A DNA stretch of 64,000 nt. It comes from Bacteroidota bacterium (lineage in GTDB: Bacteria > Bacteroidota > Bacteroidia > Bacteroidales > VadinHA17). The notes below the pieces were generated by a model. That model did not search any database. It was not told where the DNA came from and worked only from the letters and a program-made list of their open reading frames with translations. A program made the position numbers and the translations under genes. Positions 1 to 9,071 of this stretch are shown here, one piece after another; position 1 is the first letter of the stretch, and every line of letters starts with the position of its first letter. The stretch is from assembly GCA_011050615.1 (NCBI GenBank), contig DRFJ01000048.1:1216-65215 (forward strand), written 5' to 3'.

Positions 1-79
1 CAATATAAAAGCTTACGGCTCCGAGGAGGAACCATATAAACCTGTTGGCGAAAATGATCTTAAGGTTATACCTTATCAT
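1..79 (-). CDS. First 26 codons of a further membrane protein (probable ABC-2-type permease), cut by the window edge
   Basis: Minus-strand ATG at 79-77, 31 nt after the stop of the fusion gene. Translates MIRYNLKIIFANRFIWFLLGAVSFYI..., a short basic N-terminus followed by a hydrophobic helix, the same layout as the N-terminus of the 1140-aa permease starting at 13972. Too short for the ORF track. Confidence 0.35.
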   Translation of the reverse strand, partial: MIRYNLKIIFANRFIWFLLGAVSFYI

Positions 80-110
80 TTTCACCACTATATCGGCCAG
101 GTTAGCTATA

Positions 111-3100
111 TTAGTTATTCTGCTCATTATATATTTCACTTTTACTCTTTCTCAGCAGCCAGAGGTAGGAATCCTCAAGGTTGGGCTTTACCTCCCTTGC
201 CTGCTCATGCGGTTTATTCAGGGATATGCATCTCACCCTTATGCTTCCTTTTTCTGACATATGGTGTACCACCATGTTCTCCGAGGCAAATTTCCTGAAT
301 TCAGCTGCGGGAATGTTAAACTGCCATACCCTGCCCTCGGCTTCTTTAGTCATTTGTCCGGGGTGACCCAGGTATTTGAGATAGCCCTTATCAAGCACAG
401 CCACCTTGTTACATGAGCTCGATATGTCTTCGATTATATGAGTTGAAAATATTACCACCCGTTCCCGGCTCAGTTCCACCAGGAGGTTTCTGAACCTTAT
501 TCTTTCCCTGGGGTCGAGTCCTGCCGTCGGTTCGTCCACCACCAGTATGCGAGGCAAATGCAGCAATATCTGTGCAATACCGATTCTCTGCTTCATTCCA
601 CCTGAGTAGGATCCGATTTTTTCATCCTTGCGTTCATGCATATGCACTGCATTAAGGACATAATGTACCCGTTCATCCCTGGTTTTTTTGTCGGTAATAT
701 TTTTCAATATAGCCTGGTGCTGTAGGAATTCCCAGGCTGTCATGTTTTCATAGGTCCCGAATTCCTGGGGGAGGTAGCCGATAAGTCCCTGCAATTCCTC
801 ACGTTTTTCGGCAACATCAAGGCCATTAATCCATATCTTTCCATAGCTTTGATCGAGTATGCCGCAGATTATTCTCATCAATGTTGTTTTTCCCGCACCA
901 TTTGGCCCCAGTAATCCAAACATCCCATTTCCAATCTCCATTGATACTCCCCCCAGTGCCTTGAATGGTTTACGAACCTTGCCTATGAGGGGAGTGGAAA
1001 GAACCAGTTTGTAATAAGCCTTCCTCAGATTCCTGAATCTTCCTTTCAGCCTGTAGATATCGGTAGCTTTTTCATTGAGAGATCTGCCTGTTGACCATAT
1101 CATAAGGCCCGCATACCATAGAAAACCCACAACAATGACTGCAGCAATATTATTCCATTTGGCCTGGAAGATAATCAGATTGGCAAAGGGGATAAGCCAG
1201 TAGACAGCTATATTCAGTATTTTTTTCAGGAAGGGGGGCAAGGTTTTCTTATCCCTCAGTATCGAATAAAGCGGATCCCAGATAAGGATTATCATAAACC
1301 AGCTGACAAGGCTGAAGAAGAATATCCAGAAGCCTTTCTGTAAATATATATATGTGAAATAAAGTAAGAAGCCCAGCAGTGGTATTTGCCAGATATACTG
1401 TTGTAAATCGCGTATTGATTGAGGTTTTGTATCAAGTCCCAGCCTGCTTCTGATTTTCTTTCCTGCTTTCCATTCCCTGATCATCCTTGGATCACGGTCA
1501 TATATTTTAACAAGGCTCCTGATAACTATATTTACCGGCTCGTCTTCGGCTATAACTGTTTCTCGTGCTTTCCTGAGGCTTGTCCTGATAAACCAGGTCA
1601 CTGCCGGCACAAGTATGATTACAAGTATGGTGCTTATAAGCTGCCACAGGAACTTGTTAATATAAAGGTATATCATTGTCACAAGAAAAACAGAAACGAT
1701 GAGCATTACTGTTTTTATCTTCCAGTTCTGTGACCTTATCCATGATATTGAATTTTCAAGTCCGGTATAAAAAGTAGGAATAAAGACCAGTGTAAGCATC
1801 GTACTGAGGGCAAGTCCGCCAATAACAGTTATTGCAAATGAGGCCCCTATTATGGATGCATATTCTGATTTTCCCATTGCCAGAGGCATTAATGCTACGA
1901 TAGTTGTAATTGCCGTAATAAGGATAGGCCTTACACGGGCCAGACCTGCCGTCATAAGAGCTCTTGACCTCCTGTAGCCTCTTTTCCTGAGTATATTTGA
2001 ATAATCGATAAGAATAATGCCATTATTGACCACCACGCCAAGCAGAATGAGAAAGCCGGTAAGTGTGTTGGCGTTTAGCAATGAATTGCCCGTAAGTATA
2101 AGTGCAATTAGTGAACCAAGTGCTGCCAGTGGTATTGAAAGCATGAGCACTACCGGTGTTGACAATGATTCAAAAACAGCAGCCAGTATCATAAAAATCA
2201 GCAGGAAGGCAATACCTATAAGGTAATAGAAGTCTTTTAACTGGTCCTCTTCATGTATAACTTCAATAGCTATACCCGAAGGAATATTCATTCCTGCAAT
2301 CAGCTGGTCTATTTCTTCCCTTGCACTTTCAAGCAAGGTCCTGGATGAAGTTATCTCATTATTAAACCTGTAGGTAATAGTAATACTCTTTTCCTGGTTT
2401 TCACGGTGGATATTACCCATGCCGTAGGAGAATACTATCGCGGCAATCTCTTCCATTTCAACAATGTTACCACTTGCACCGGATATCTGTAACCGTTTAA
2501 GGTCATCAATATTTTTATACTCTTCTTCCTCTTCCTCCGGCCTGTCGTATTTTATTATTATATCATATTCCTCCTCGCCCTGTTTGAATTTTACACCCGA
2601 TGAATATTCAGGTTGAAATGATGTCAGTTCCTGGGTAATATTATTCAGGCTGATATTATTCCTGCTCATCAGCTCAGTGTTGAAACTGAGCTGTACTTCG
2701 GGTGTATTGTCCTGGATATTAGCACTTACCGATCTGATGGTATTCAGGTCTTCCAGATAATATTCCATATCATCAGCCAGGTTTCTCATCTTGCCGAAGT
2801 CCTGGCCCTTGATTATTATGCTTTCAGACTCGGCACCTATGCCCAGCATACGGGTAAATCCCTCTCCCGGGTTAATCCCGCCGGCTCCACCGCCTCCTCC
2901 CATACCTGAGCCCGAGGAAATCTCACCCATAGTTATTTCAGCACCTCCGAAATTGTGTACCCGTTCGTAAATATCGTTTTTAATTTCAGCAAGTTCACGG
3001 TTACTTTCCTTATCCCAGTCTTCCTTCAGCTGGATTGTAAGGGAGGCCTGGTCTTCCTCAATCTTTGATATAATATCTCCTTTTTCGGGGAGGTTGTCGA

Positions 3101-4847
3101 GGCGTTTTTCAAGCTCGCTTACCAGTACATCTGTTTTTTCGAGGGTTGACCCGGCCGGCATAATAATGCTTACCGGGAAGCTTCCTGTTTCTATCTCTTC
3201 CAGGGTATTAATGCTTAATCCCAGGCTTATCAGCAGGGCGGCAAAAAAGACGACCAGGCTTCCAATAATAGTTGTAGCGGGACGGCGCATGCTGGCCTTC
3301 AGGATGAGAAGATAGGATTGTATCAGGCGGTCATGTATTGAGAGTTTTTTGAAGACCTGTGAATGACTCTTTTTGGACCATGAAAGCAGGTAATGTGTTG
3401 CCATGGGAATCAGCAGAAGGGCAACGGCCAGAGAAACCAGGAGGGTTGACACTATCGAAACTCCAATATTCTTACCTATAATTTTTACCAGGAAATTATC
3501 AGAGAATACAAAGGGAAGGAAGACTGTTATGGTAGTAAGTGTGGCTGCTATCACTGACCTGTACACTTCCTTAGTCCCTTTTTTCACTGCCTCGTCGGTA
3601 CCGGATCCACTTCCTGCGAGCCTGTAAATATTCTCGAGGACAACAACCGAATTGTCAATAAGCATACCTATGGCAAGGGCCATGCCTACCAGGGTAAGGC
3701 TGTTCACGGTTATGCCTGCTGCATAGAAGAAGTTAAAGGCTGTGAATACTGAAACAGGTATGGAAAAAGCAATGATGAAAACCAGTCTGAGATTTCTGAG
3801 GAAGAACCATAATATTACAACAGCAAGGAGTCCGCCCAGAAGGGCAAGGTTAATTATCTGGTCAATGTTCTTTTCCATAACCTCGGCGTTATTGTTCTGG
3901 ACAAGAACCTCCACACCTGAAGAAGCCAGTCGTTTGTTCAACTCATCTATGACTTCGAGGGTGTGATGGGAGAGATCGATGATATTAGCCTGGTTATCAT
4001 ATACCAGATTAATGGTTACCGCATCGAGGCCGTTTACCCGGCTGTACGACTCCTCCTCTTTTACACCGAAGAATATTTCTGCCACATCCTTTAGCAGTAC
4101 AGGTCCCTGGGGATTTACCACTATATTCCGGATATCAGTTACATTATCGAATTCAGCAGATATATTGACAAAAAATCTCTTATCTGATTCGTATACCAGT
4201 CCGGCGAACACCTTATCATTACTGTTTGAAGAAATCAGGGATCTGACCCTGTTCATTGTTATGCCATTTGCCTTGCAGGCTTCCTCATCCAGTCTTATTT
4301 CTATTGAGCTTTCCCTTCCTCCGAAGACTTCCACCCCTGCAATACCATCTATATTCTCAAGTTCAGGTTTGATTTCCCTGTCGGCTATATCCCTTATCCT
4401 GTCGACTCCTCCGCTGCCCCTGACCTGCAGGTCCATAAACCGGCTGTTGAGCTGTTCAAGGTCTATCCTTATTATATTCACAACAAATTCTTCAGGAAGG
4501 CTTGCTGACAACACATTCACTTTTTCCTGTAACTTGAGATAGGAGTATTTAAGATCGGCATTCTGGCTGTAATAGATCATTACCATACCATAGCGGGATG
4601 TAACTGTTGATTCTATCTTCTCCACGTCTTCAAGTGTCCCGACAGCTCCTTCAACGGGTATTATTGCCTGGTTTTCAATATATGAGGGGTCAACATCAAG
4701 GACTGAACTCACCTGGACGATAAGAGTGGGTAATTGTGCATTGGGATAAAGCTCAACCTGTAGTTGCTGATATGATACATAACCAAGAAGCGAGAGCCCT
4801 ATAAAGAGCATGCTTATGAGAGTCTTTCTTTTGATTATAAATTCCAT
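111..4847 (-). CDS. RND (AcrB/HAE1-like) efflux permease fused via six extra TM helices to an ABC-transporter ATP-binding domain
   Basis: Single uninterrupted 1578-codon ORF. aa 1-~1035 is a 12-TM RND permease with two large periplasmic loops. aa ~1043-1088 are two extra hydrophobic helices. aa ~1105-1118 (VNIVIRSLVKIYDR) is an ABC beta-1-like strand. aa ~1152-1252 are four more hydrophobic helices. aa ~1295-1578 is an ABC ATPase: Walker A GPNGAGKTT (nt 882-908), Q-loop YLPQE, signature YSGGMKQR, Walker B ILVVDEPTAGLD, H-loop STHI. Confidence 0.9.
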   Translation of the reverse strand: MEFIIKRKTLISMLFIGLSLLGYVSYQQLQVELYPNAQLPTLIVQVSSVLDVDPSYIENQAIIPVEGAVGTLEDVEKIESTVTSRYGMVMIYYSQNADLKYSYLKLQEKVNVLSASLPEEFVVNIIRIDLEQLNSRFMDLQVRGSGGVDRIRDIADREIKPELENIDGIAGVEVFGGRESSIEIRLDEEACKANGITMNRVRSLISSNSNDKVFAGLVYESDKRFFVNISAEFDNVTDIRNIVVNPQGPVLLKDVAEIFFGVKEEESYSRVNGLDAVTINLVYDNQANIIDLSHHTLEVIDELNKRLASSGVEVLVQNNNAEVMEKNIDQIINLALLGGLLAVVILWFFLRNLRLVFIIAFSIPVSVFTAFNFFYAAGITVNSLTLVGMALAIGMLIDNSVVVLENIYRLAGSGSGTDEAVKKGTKEVYRSVIAATLTTITVFLPFVFSDNFLVKIIGKNIGVSIVSTLLVSLAVALLLIPMATHYLLSWSKKSHSQVFKKLSIHDRLIQSYLLILKASMRRPATTIIGSLVVFFAALLISLGLSINTLEEIETGSFPVSIIMPAGSTLEKTDVLVSELEKRLDNLPEKGDIISKIEEDQASLTIQLKEDWDKESNRELAEIKNDIYERVHNFGGAEITMGEISSGSGMGGGGGAGGINPGEGFTRMLGIGAESESIIIKGQDFGKMRNLADDMEYYLEDLNTIRSVSANIQDNTPEVQLSFNTELMSRNNISLNNITQELTSFQPEYSSGVKFKQGEEEYDIIIKYDRPEEEEEEYKNIDDLKRLQISGASGNIVEMEEIAAIVFSYGMGNIHRENQEKSITITYRFNNEITSSRTLLESAREEIDQLIAGMNIPSGIAIEVIHEEDQLKDFYYLIGIAFLLIFMILAAVFESLSTPVVLMLSIPLAALGSLIALILTGNSLLNANTLTGFLILLGVVVNNGIILIDYSNILRKRGYRRSRALMTAGLARVRPILITAITTIVALMPLAMGKSEYASIIGASFAITVIGGLALSTMLTLVFIPTFYTGLENSISWIRSQNWKIKTVMLIVSVFLVTMIYLYINKFLWQLISTILVIILVPAVTWFIRTSLRKARETVIAEDEPVNIVIRSLVKIYDRDPRMIREWKAGKKIRSRLGLDTKPQSIRDLQQYIWQIPLLGFLLYFTYIYLQKGFWIFFFSLVSWFMIILIWDPLYSILRDKKTLPPFLKKILNIAVYWLIPFANLIIFQAKWNNIAAVIVVGFLWYAGLMIWSTGRSLNEKATDIYRLKGRFRNLRKAYYKLVLSTPLIGKVRKPFKALGGVSMEIGNGMFGLLGPNGAGKTTLMRIICGILDQSYGKIWINGLDVAEKREELQGLIGYLPQEFGTYENMTAWEFLQHQAILKNITDKKTRDERVHYVLNAVHMHERKDEKIGSYSGGMKQRIGIAQILLHLPRILVVDEPTAGLDPRERIRFRNLLVELSRERVVIFSTHIIEDISSSCNKVAVLDKGYLKYLGHPGQMTKEAEGRVWQFNIPAAEFRKFASENMVVHHMSEKGSIRVRCISLNKPHEQAREVKPNLEDSYLWLLRKSKSEIYNEQNN

Positions 4848-4853
4848 AGCAGT

Positions 4854-7800
4854 CTACCTGGCTTGCGTAATAAGGCTTTGTTTCTTTCCTCCCACCATGT
4901 CCTTCAGGGCATCCAGTACCCAGTATACACAGGGAATAACCACAAGGGTCAATATGGTAGACGTTACAAGTCCGCCTATCACTGCCAGGGCCATCGGCGA
5001 CCTGAGGGAGGCACTTTCGCCAAAGCCGAATGTCAGAGGTAAGAGTGCCAGTATTGTGGTAATACTGGTCATTACTATAGGTCTGATCCTTTGACCTCCT
5101 GCTTCTATTATTGCCTGACGTCTGCTTAAGCCCTCTGCCCGGAGCTGGTTGATCCTGTCAATCAGGATAATGGAATCATTTACGGCAATGCCCGCCAGCA
5201 TTATAATTCCAATATATGCCATGATATTGAGCGTTTTGCCAAGGAGGAAGAATATCCATACTGAACCGACTGCGGCAAGGGGAATTGTAAGCAATATAAC
5301 AAAGGGATGGATGAGTGATTCAAACTGTGAAGCCAGCACCATATAAACAAGGATGATTGAAAGGATGAGGGCAAAAGTCAGGTTTTTCATTGATTCTTTA
5401 CGCTTAAGTTCCTCTCCGGTGATAATGGTACGGTAGTCTGCCGGCAGACTAATACCTGCCAGTGTCTTTTCAGTATTCCTGACTATATGGTCAAAAGGAA
5501 CCTCCTTATCGGCCATCGCATATACATAGCTTGTTCTTACCTGGTTATTCCTGCTAATTTCACGTGGTGCACTTACTTTTTTTATATCTGCCAGTTCACT
5601 GAGCGGCACCGATACCGAGCCGGCCTTTATCAAAAGGTTTTGCAGGCTCTTCAGTGGTAATTCTTCCAGTTTAATGGTTATATCCTTCAACTCACCACCC
5701 TGCTCAAAGTCGCCCGCTTTTATCCCGGTGAGGTAAGACTGCACCTGTGAGATTATGCTTTCCACACTCACACTGTAATGACTTGCCTTGTAACGGTCAA
5801 TTACTATATCAACCTCTGGAGTTCCTTCGTCCAGTGAGCTGGTGATATTATAAAGGTTTTCTGATTCTGCGAGCCGGGCCTTTACTTCTTCTGTCAGGTC
5901 CCGGATAATGTCAAGATCCTCACCCCTTATTTCAATTACCAGGGGAGCCTTATCCGTTCCAAGAGTTGTTTGCAGGGATGTTTCTTCCCTTTTAAAACTG
6001 ATTTCAATGTACTTCATGGAAGAAAATTTTTCCTGCAGCAGGAGGATGGCTTCATCGGAACGGGCTGCATATTCATCACTAAGAAACACTCTTATCACAG
6101 AAGTGTTTTCGTCCCTGAACAGGTCTGATTCGCCTGAACCCGTTGTGGTTGTAAAACCGGAATGGCTGTACAGCATCTCGACCCTGTCTCCAAGAAGTTC
6201 CCTTGTGATATTTTCCATCTTCCGCGTTGTTTCTGCTGTACGTTCAAGCATCGTACCTTCCGGCATTTTCATCTCGATGGTAAATTCTGATGATTCTGCC
6301 CCGGGCATAAATTCACTGCCCACTTTTGGAAGAATATAGGCCGTAGCAGCCAGCAATATTAAGGCAAGAATTATTACCGGTCCCTTGCGGGCTATTATTT
6401 TTTCCAGCCAGGAGGAATACCATCTGAAGCTTACTGCCCTTTCTTTCCTTTTTGTTTTTCTGTCTTTAAAGAAGGTTGTCACGAGCAGTGGTATTACCAG
6501 TATGGCAACAAAGAGGGACGACAGGAGGGAAAATGCCACTGTCCACGCCTGGTCTTTGAACAATTCACCGGAAGCACCCTGGAGATATACAATTGGAAGA
6601 AACACAACTATTGTAGTTATTGTTGAGGCTGTTATGGCTCCTCCCACCTGGGCTGTCCCTTCAATGGCAGCTTCCCTGAGGGACATCCCCGATTCATAAT
6701 TACGGAATATATTTTCCAGGACGACTATAGCATTATCAACCAGCATCCCGGCTCCGAGGGCCAGTCCCCCGAGGGTCATTATATTTATTGTAAGGTTATT
6801 GAAATACATGAGGTTGAAGGTTGCGATAATTGAAATGGGTATCGCAATGCTCACAACAAGGGTTGTTCCTATGCGGCGCAGGAAAATAAAGAGTACGAAT
6901 ACAGCCAGTATTATACCAAAAAGGGCAGTTTTTTCCACTTCATTGATAGCCCGGTCAATAAACTGGCCCTGGTCCTGGACAATAATAAATTCATAACCGG
7001 GCAAAGCCTTCTTCAGTATCTCAATGGCTTCTGTCAGTTCCTCCACGGCATTAACGGTATTATAGCGGGGCTCTTTATAAACTGACAAGCCCACACATCG
7101 TTCGCCGTTGACGGTTACAATGTTTTCCGGATCCTTATTTGCAATGTAAATATCTGCAACATCGCTGAGGTAAACCGGTATTCTCTCAGCCGCATCCAGA
7201 GTTTCTGCGGTGCTTCCTGCCTGTGATCCTTCTGCAATTTCCCTGAAGCCTATTATAATGTGTTTAAGATCATCGGCCTCTTCTATAACACTGACTCCTT
7301 TAACAACATACCGGGTTCCCAGGTCGGTAATTGAGCCGCCCGACACATTGCGGTTATAGCTGTTTATCTGCTGGGCAATGTCGGAGGTTGACATATCATA
7401 TGCCTGGAGCAGGTATTCATTTGTTTCTATCACTACTTCACCCTCTTCATGACCGGAAAGCTGTATGTCGGCTATACCTTCCAGCCGGATAAGCTCATTG
7501 CGTATGTAATTTTCCGCTGTCTGTCGCAATTCATCCATATTGCTTATCCTGTCATGTTTCAGGGCTATGATCATTACGGGGGTGGCATTGGGATTGTACT
7601 GAGTTATATTGAACTCATCAAGATCTGCATTCTGGCTGAATGAACTTATATCTTTCTGCAGGTCGAGAAAGGCTTCGTCCATATCCTTGTTCCAGGCATA
7701 TTCAACAATTACCTGGGCAGTACCCACCATCGAAACAGATGAAACATTAATTGCATCCTTCTGTCGCATTGCTATTGATTCAACCTGGTCAACAAATTGT

Positions 7801-7985
7801 TTTTCCATCTCTTCGGGCGGTCGCTCACCGGCCTGCAGTTCAATATAGATTTTCGGATTATTCAGGTCGGGGAACAGGTCTGTTCCCAGCTTGCCAAAGG
7901 AAATTATTCCAAGCAGGATTATGCCCAGTACCAGCATAAGTATAGTTACCGGATTTTCAACTGCAAATCGGACTATTTTTTTCAT
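4854..7985 (-). CDS. RND family efflux transporter permease (AcrB/HAE1-like), stand-alone
   Basis: 1043 aa. N-terminus MKKIVRFAVENPVTILMLVLGIILLG is typical. 12 predicted TM helices with two large periplasmic loops. Conserved TM4 region GGLALGAGMLVDNAIVVLENI. Starts 12 nt after the MFP gene. Confidence 0.92.
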   Translation of the reverse strand: MKKIVRFAVENPVTILMLVLGIILLGIISFGKLGTDLFPDLNNPKIYIELQAGERPPEEMEKQFVDQVESIAMRQKDAINVSSVSMVGTAQVIVEYAWNKDMDEAFLDLQKDISSFSQNADLDEFNITQYNPNATPVMIIALKHDRISNMDELRQTAENYIRNELIRLEGIADIQLSGHEEGEVVIETNEYLLQAYDMSTSDIAQQINSYNRNVSGGSITDLGTRYVVKGVSVIEEADDLKHIIIGFREIAEGSQAGSTAETLDAAERIPVYLSDVADIYIANKDPENIVTVNGERCVGLSVYKEPRYNTVNAVEELTEAIEILKKALPGYEFIIVQDQGQFIDRAINEVEKTALFGIILAVFVLFIFLRRIGTTLVVSIAIPISIIATFNLMYFNNLTINIMTLGGLALGAGMLVDNAIVVLENIFRNYESGMSLREAAIEGTAQVGGAITASTITTIVVFLPIVYLQGASGELFKDQAWTVAFSLLSSLFVAILVIPLLVTTFFKDRKTKRKERAVSFRWYSSWLEKIIARKGPVIILALILLAATAYILPKVGSEFMPGAESSEFTIEMKMPEGTMLERTAETTRKMENITRELLGDRVEMLYSHSGFTTTTGSGESDLFRDENTSVIRVFLSDEYAARSDEAILLLQEKFSSMKYIEISFKREETSLQTTLGTDKAPLVIEIRGEDLDIIRDLTEEVKARLAESENLYNITSSLDEGTPEVDIVIDRYKASHYSVSVESIISQVQSYLTGIKAGDFEQGGELKDITIKLEELPLKSLQNLLIKAGSVSVPLSELADIKKVSAPREISRNNQVRTSYVYAMADKEVPFDHIVRNTEKTLAGISLPADYRTIITGEELKRKESMKNLTFALILSIILVYMVLASQFESLIHPFVILLTIPLAAVGSVWIFFLLGKTLNIMAYIGIIMLAGIAVNDSIILIDRINQLRAEGLSRRQAIIEAGGQRIRPIVMTSITTILALLPLTFGFGESASLRSPMALAVIGGLVTSTILTLVVIPCVYWVLDALKDMVGGKKQSLITQAR

Positions 7986-7997
7986 TTTTCGGGATGC

Positions 7998-9050
7998 TTA
8001 TTTCAGTATTTTTACCTTGGCATTATGGCTGAGCGTTTCAAAGCCGTCAGTAACGACTCTTTCATTGGTGTTCAATCCCCTTATCACTTCAACCTCTTTG
8101 TTGTTTTCTAGTCCGGTGGCGATTATGCGTTCATTGGCAACACCCCTGTTTACAATGAAAACGGTCATTCCTCTTTGCCTTGACAGGATAATATCTTTAG
8201 GTATTACAATAACCGAGTCGGCACGGTGGGTAATTATATCAGCCTTAACAAACATCCCCGGCCTGAGTTTTAGCTCCGGGTTGTTTATTTCAATGCTCCC
8301 CCGGAAAGTTCTTGTCTGTGCATTTATTGCAGGTGACAATTGAGTAATCTTACCCTTCAGGGTGTCTCCGGGAAGGGCATAATTAGTTATTCTGACAGTC
8401 TGCCCGGTGCGGATATCATTTATATATTTTTCAGGGAGGTTAATATCCAGAAGCATGGACTTGTAATCCATAATGCCTGCAACCTTGGTTCCTGACTGTA
8501 TTTCTGAGCCCTGGGTATAATATGGCAATTCGGTAATAAACCCGTCAAAGGGAGATGTGATTTTCATCTTTTCGATTTGAAGGCGTGCATTTTCGACTGT
8601 AATCTGGGCGTTGATATAATCATAGCCAGCCTGCTTCAATTCATTAAGTGTAACACCCCCCTTTTCATATAATGACTCCTGTTTTTCAAGATTACTCTTT
8701 GCGAGTTCAAGATTAAGCTCATAGAGTTCCAGCTTAATATTATTTTCATATTCTTCATCTTCGAGGCGGACAATTAATGAACCTTTTCTAAGCCTGTCAC
8801 CAAGCTGCCATTGCCTTCCTGTTTCCGCGTTATTTTCCAGGTAGTACCTGGCGGCTATCTCAGCCACAAGTTCAACATCCACCACAGGATAGACAGTGCC
8901 TGTAGTGCTTACAAATTCTTCAATTGATTTGAGTTTTATGTCTTCTACTGAAACAGGAATTTCAACGTCAGCCTCCAGACCGGCATCCTGGTTATTGCAT
9001 CCTGCGAATAGGAAGGAGAAGAATAAAAGATATATCAGTCTTATTTTCAT
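7998..9050 (-). CDS. Efflux RND periplasmic adaptor subunit (membrane fusion protein, HlyD/AcrA-like) lipoprotein
   Basis: 350 aa. Signal peptide with lipobox FLFAGC, a coiled-coil hairpin segment (NIKLELYELNLELAKSNLEKQESLYEKGGVTLNELKQA), and barrel-sandwich/beta-barrel C-terminal part. Lies between OMF and RND genes. Confidence 0.85.
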   Translation of the reverse strand: MKIRLIYLLFFSFLFAGCNNQDAGLEADVEIPVSVEDIKLKSIEEFVSTTGTVYPVVDVELVAEIAARYYLENNAETGRQWQLGDRLRKGSLIVRLEDEEYENNIKLELYELNLELAKSNLEKQESLYEKGGVTLNELKQAGYDYINAQITVENARLQIEKMKITSPFDGFITELPYYTQGSEIQSGTKVAGIMDYKSMLLDINLPEKYINDIRTGQTVRITNYALPGDTLKGKITQLSPAINAQTRTFRGSIEINNPELKLRPGMFVKADIITHRADSVIVIPKDIILSRQRGMTVFIVNRGVANERIIATGLENNKEVEVIRGLNTNERVVTDGFETLSHNAKVKILK

Positions 9051-9071
9051 GATATTATATTGTTTCGTTAT

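Noticed and set aside
3979-4542. 187-aa plus-strand ORF, along with many other 60-190-aa plus-strand ORFs between 45 and 13367.
   Set aside because: All lie entirely antisense within long minus-strand genes that have strong family motifs. Their translations are Ser/Leu/Thr/Ile-rich low-complexity sequence typical of shadow ORFs.
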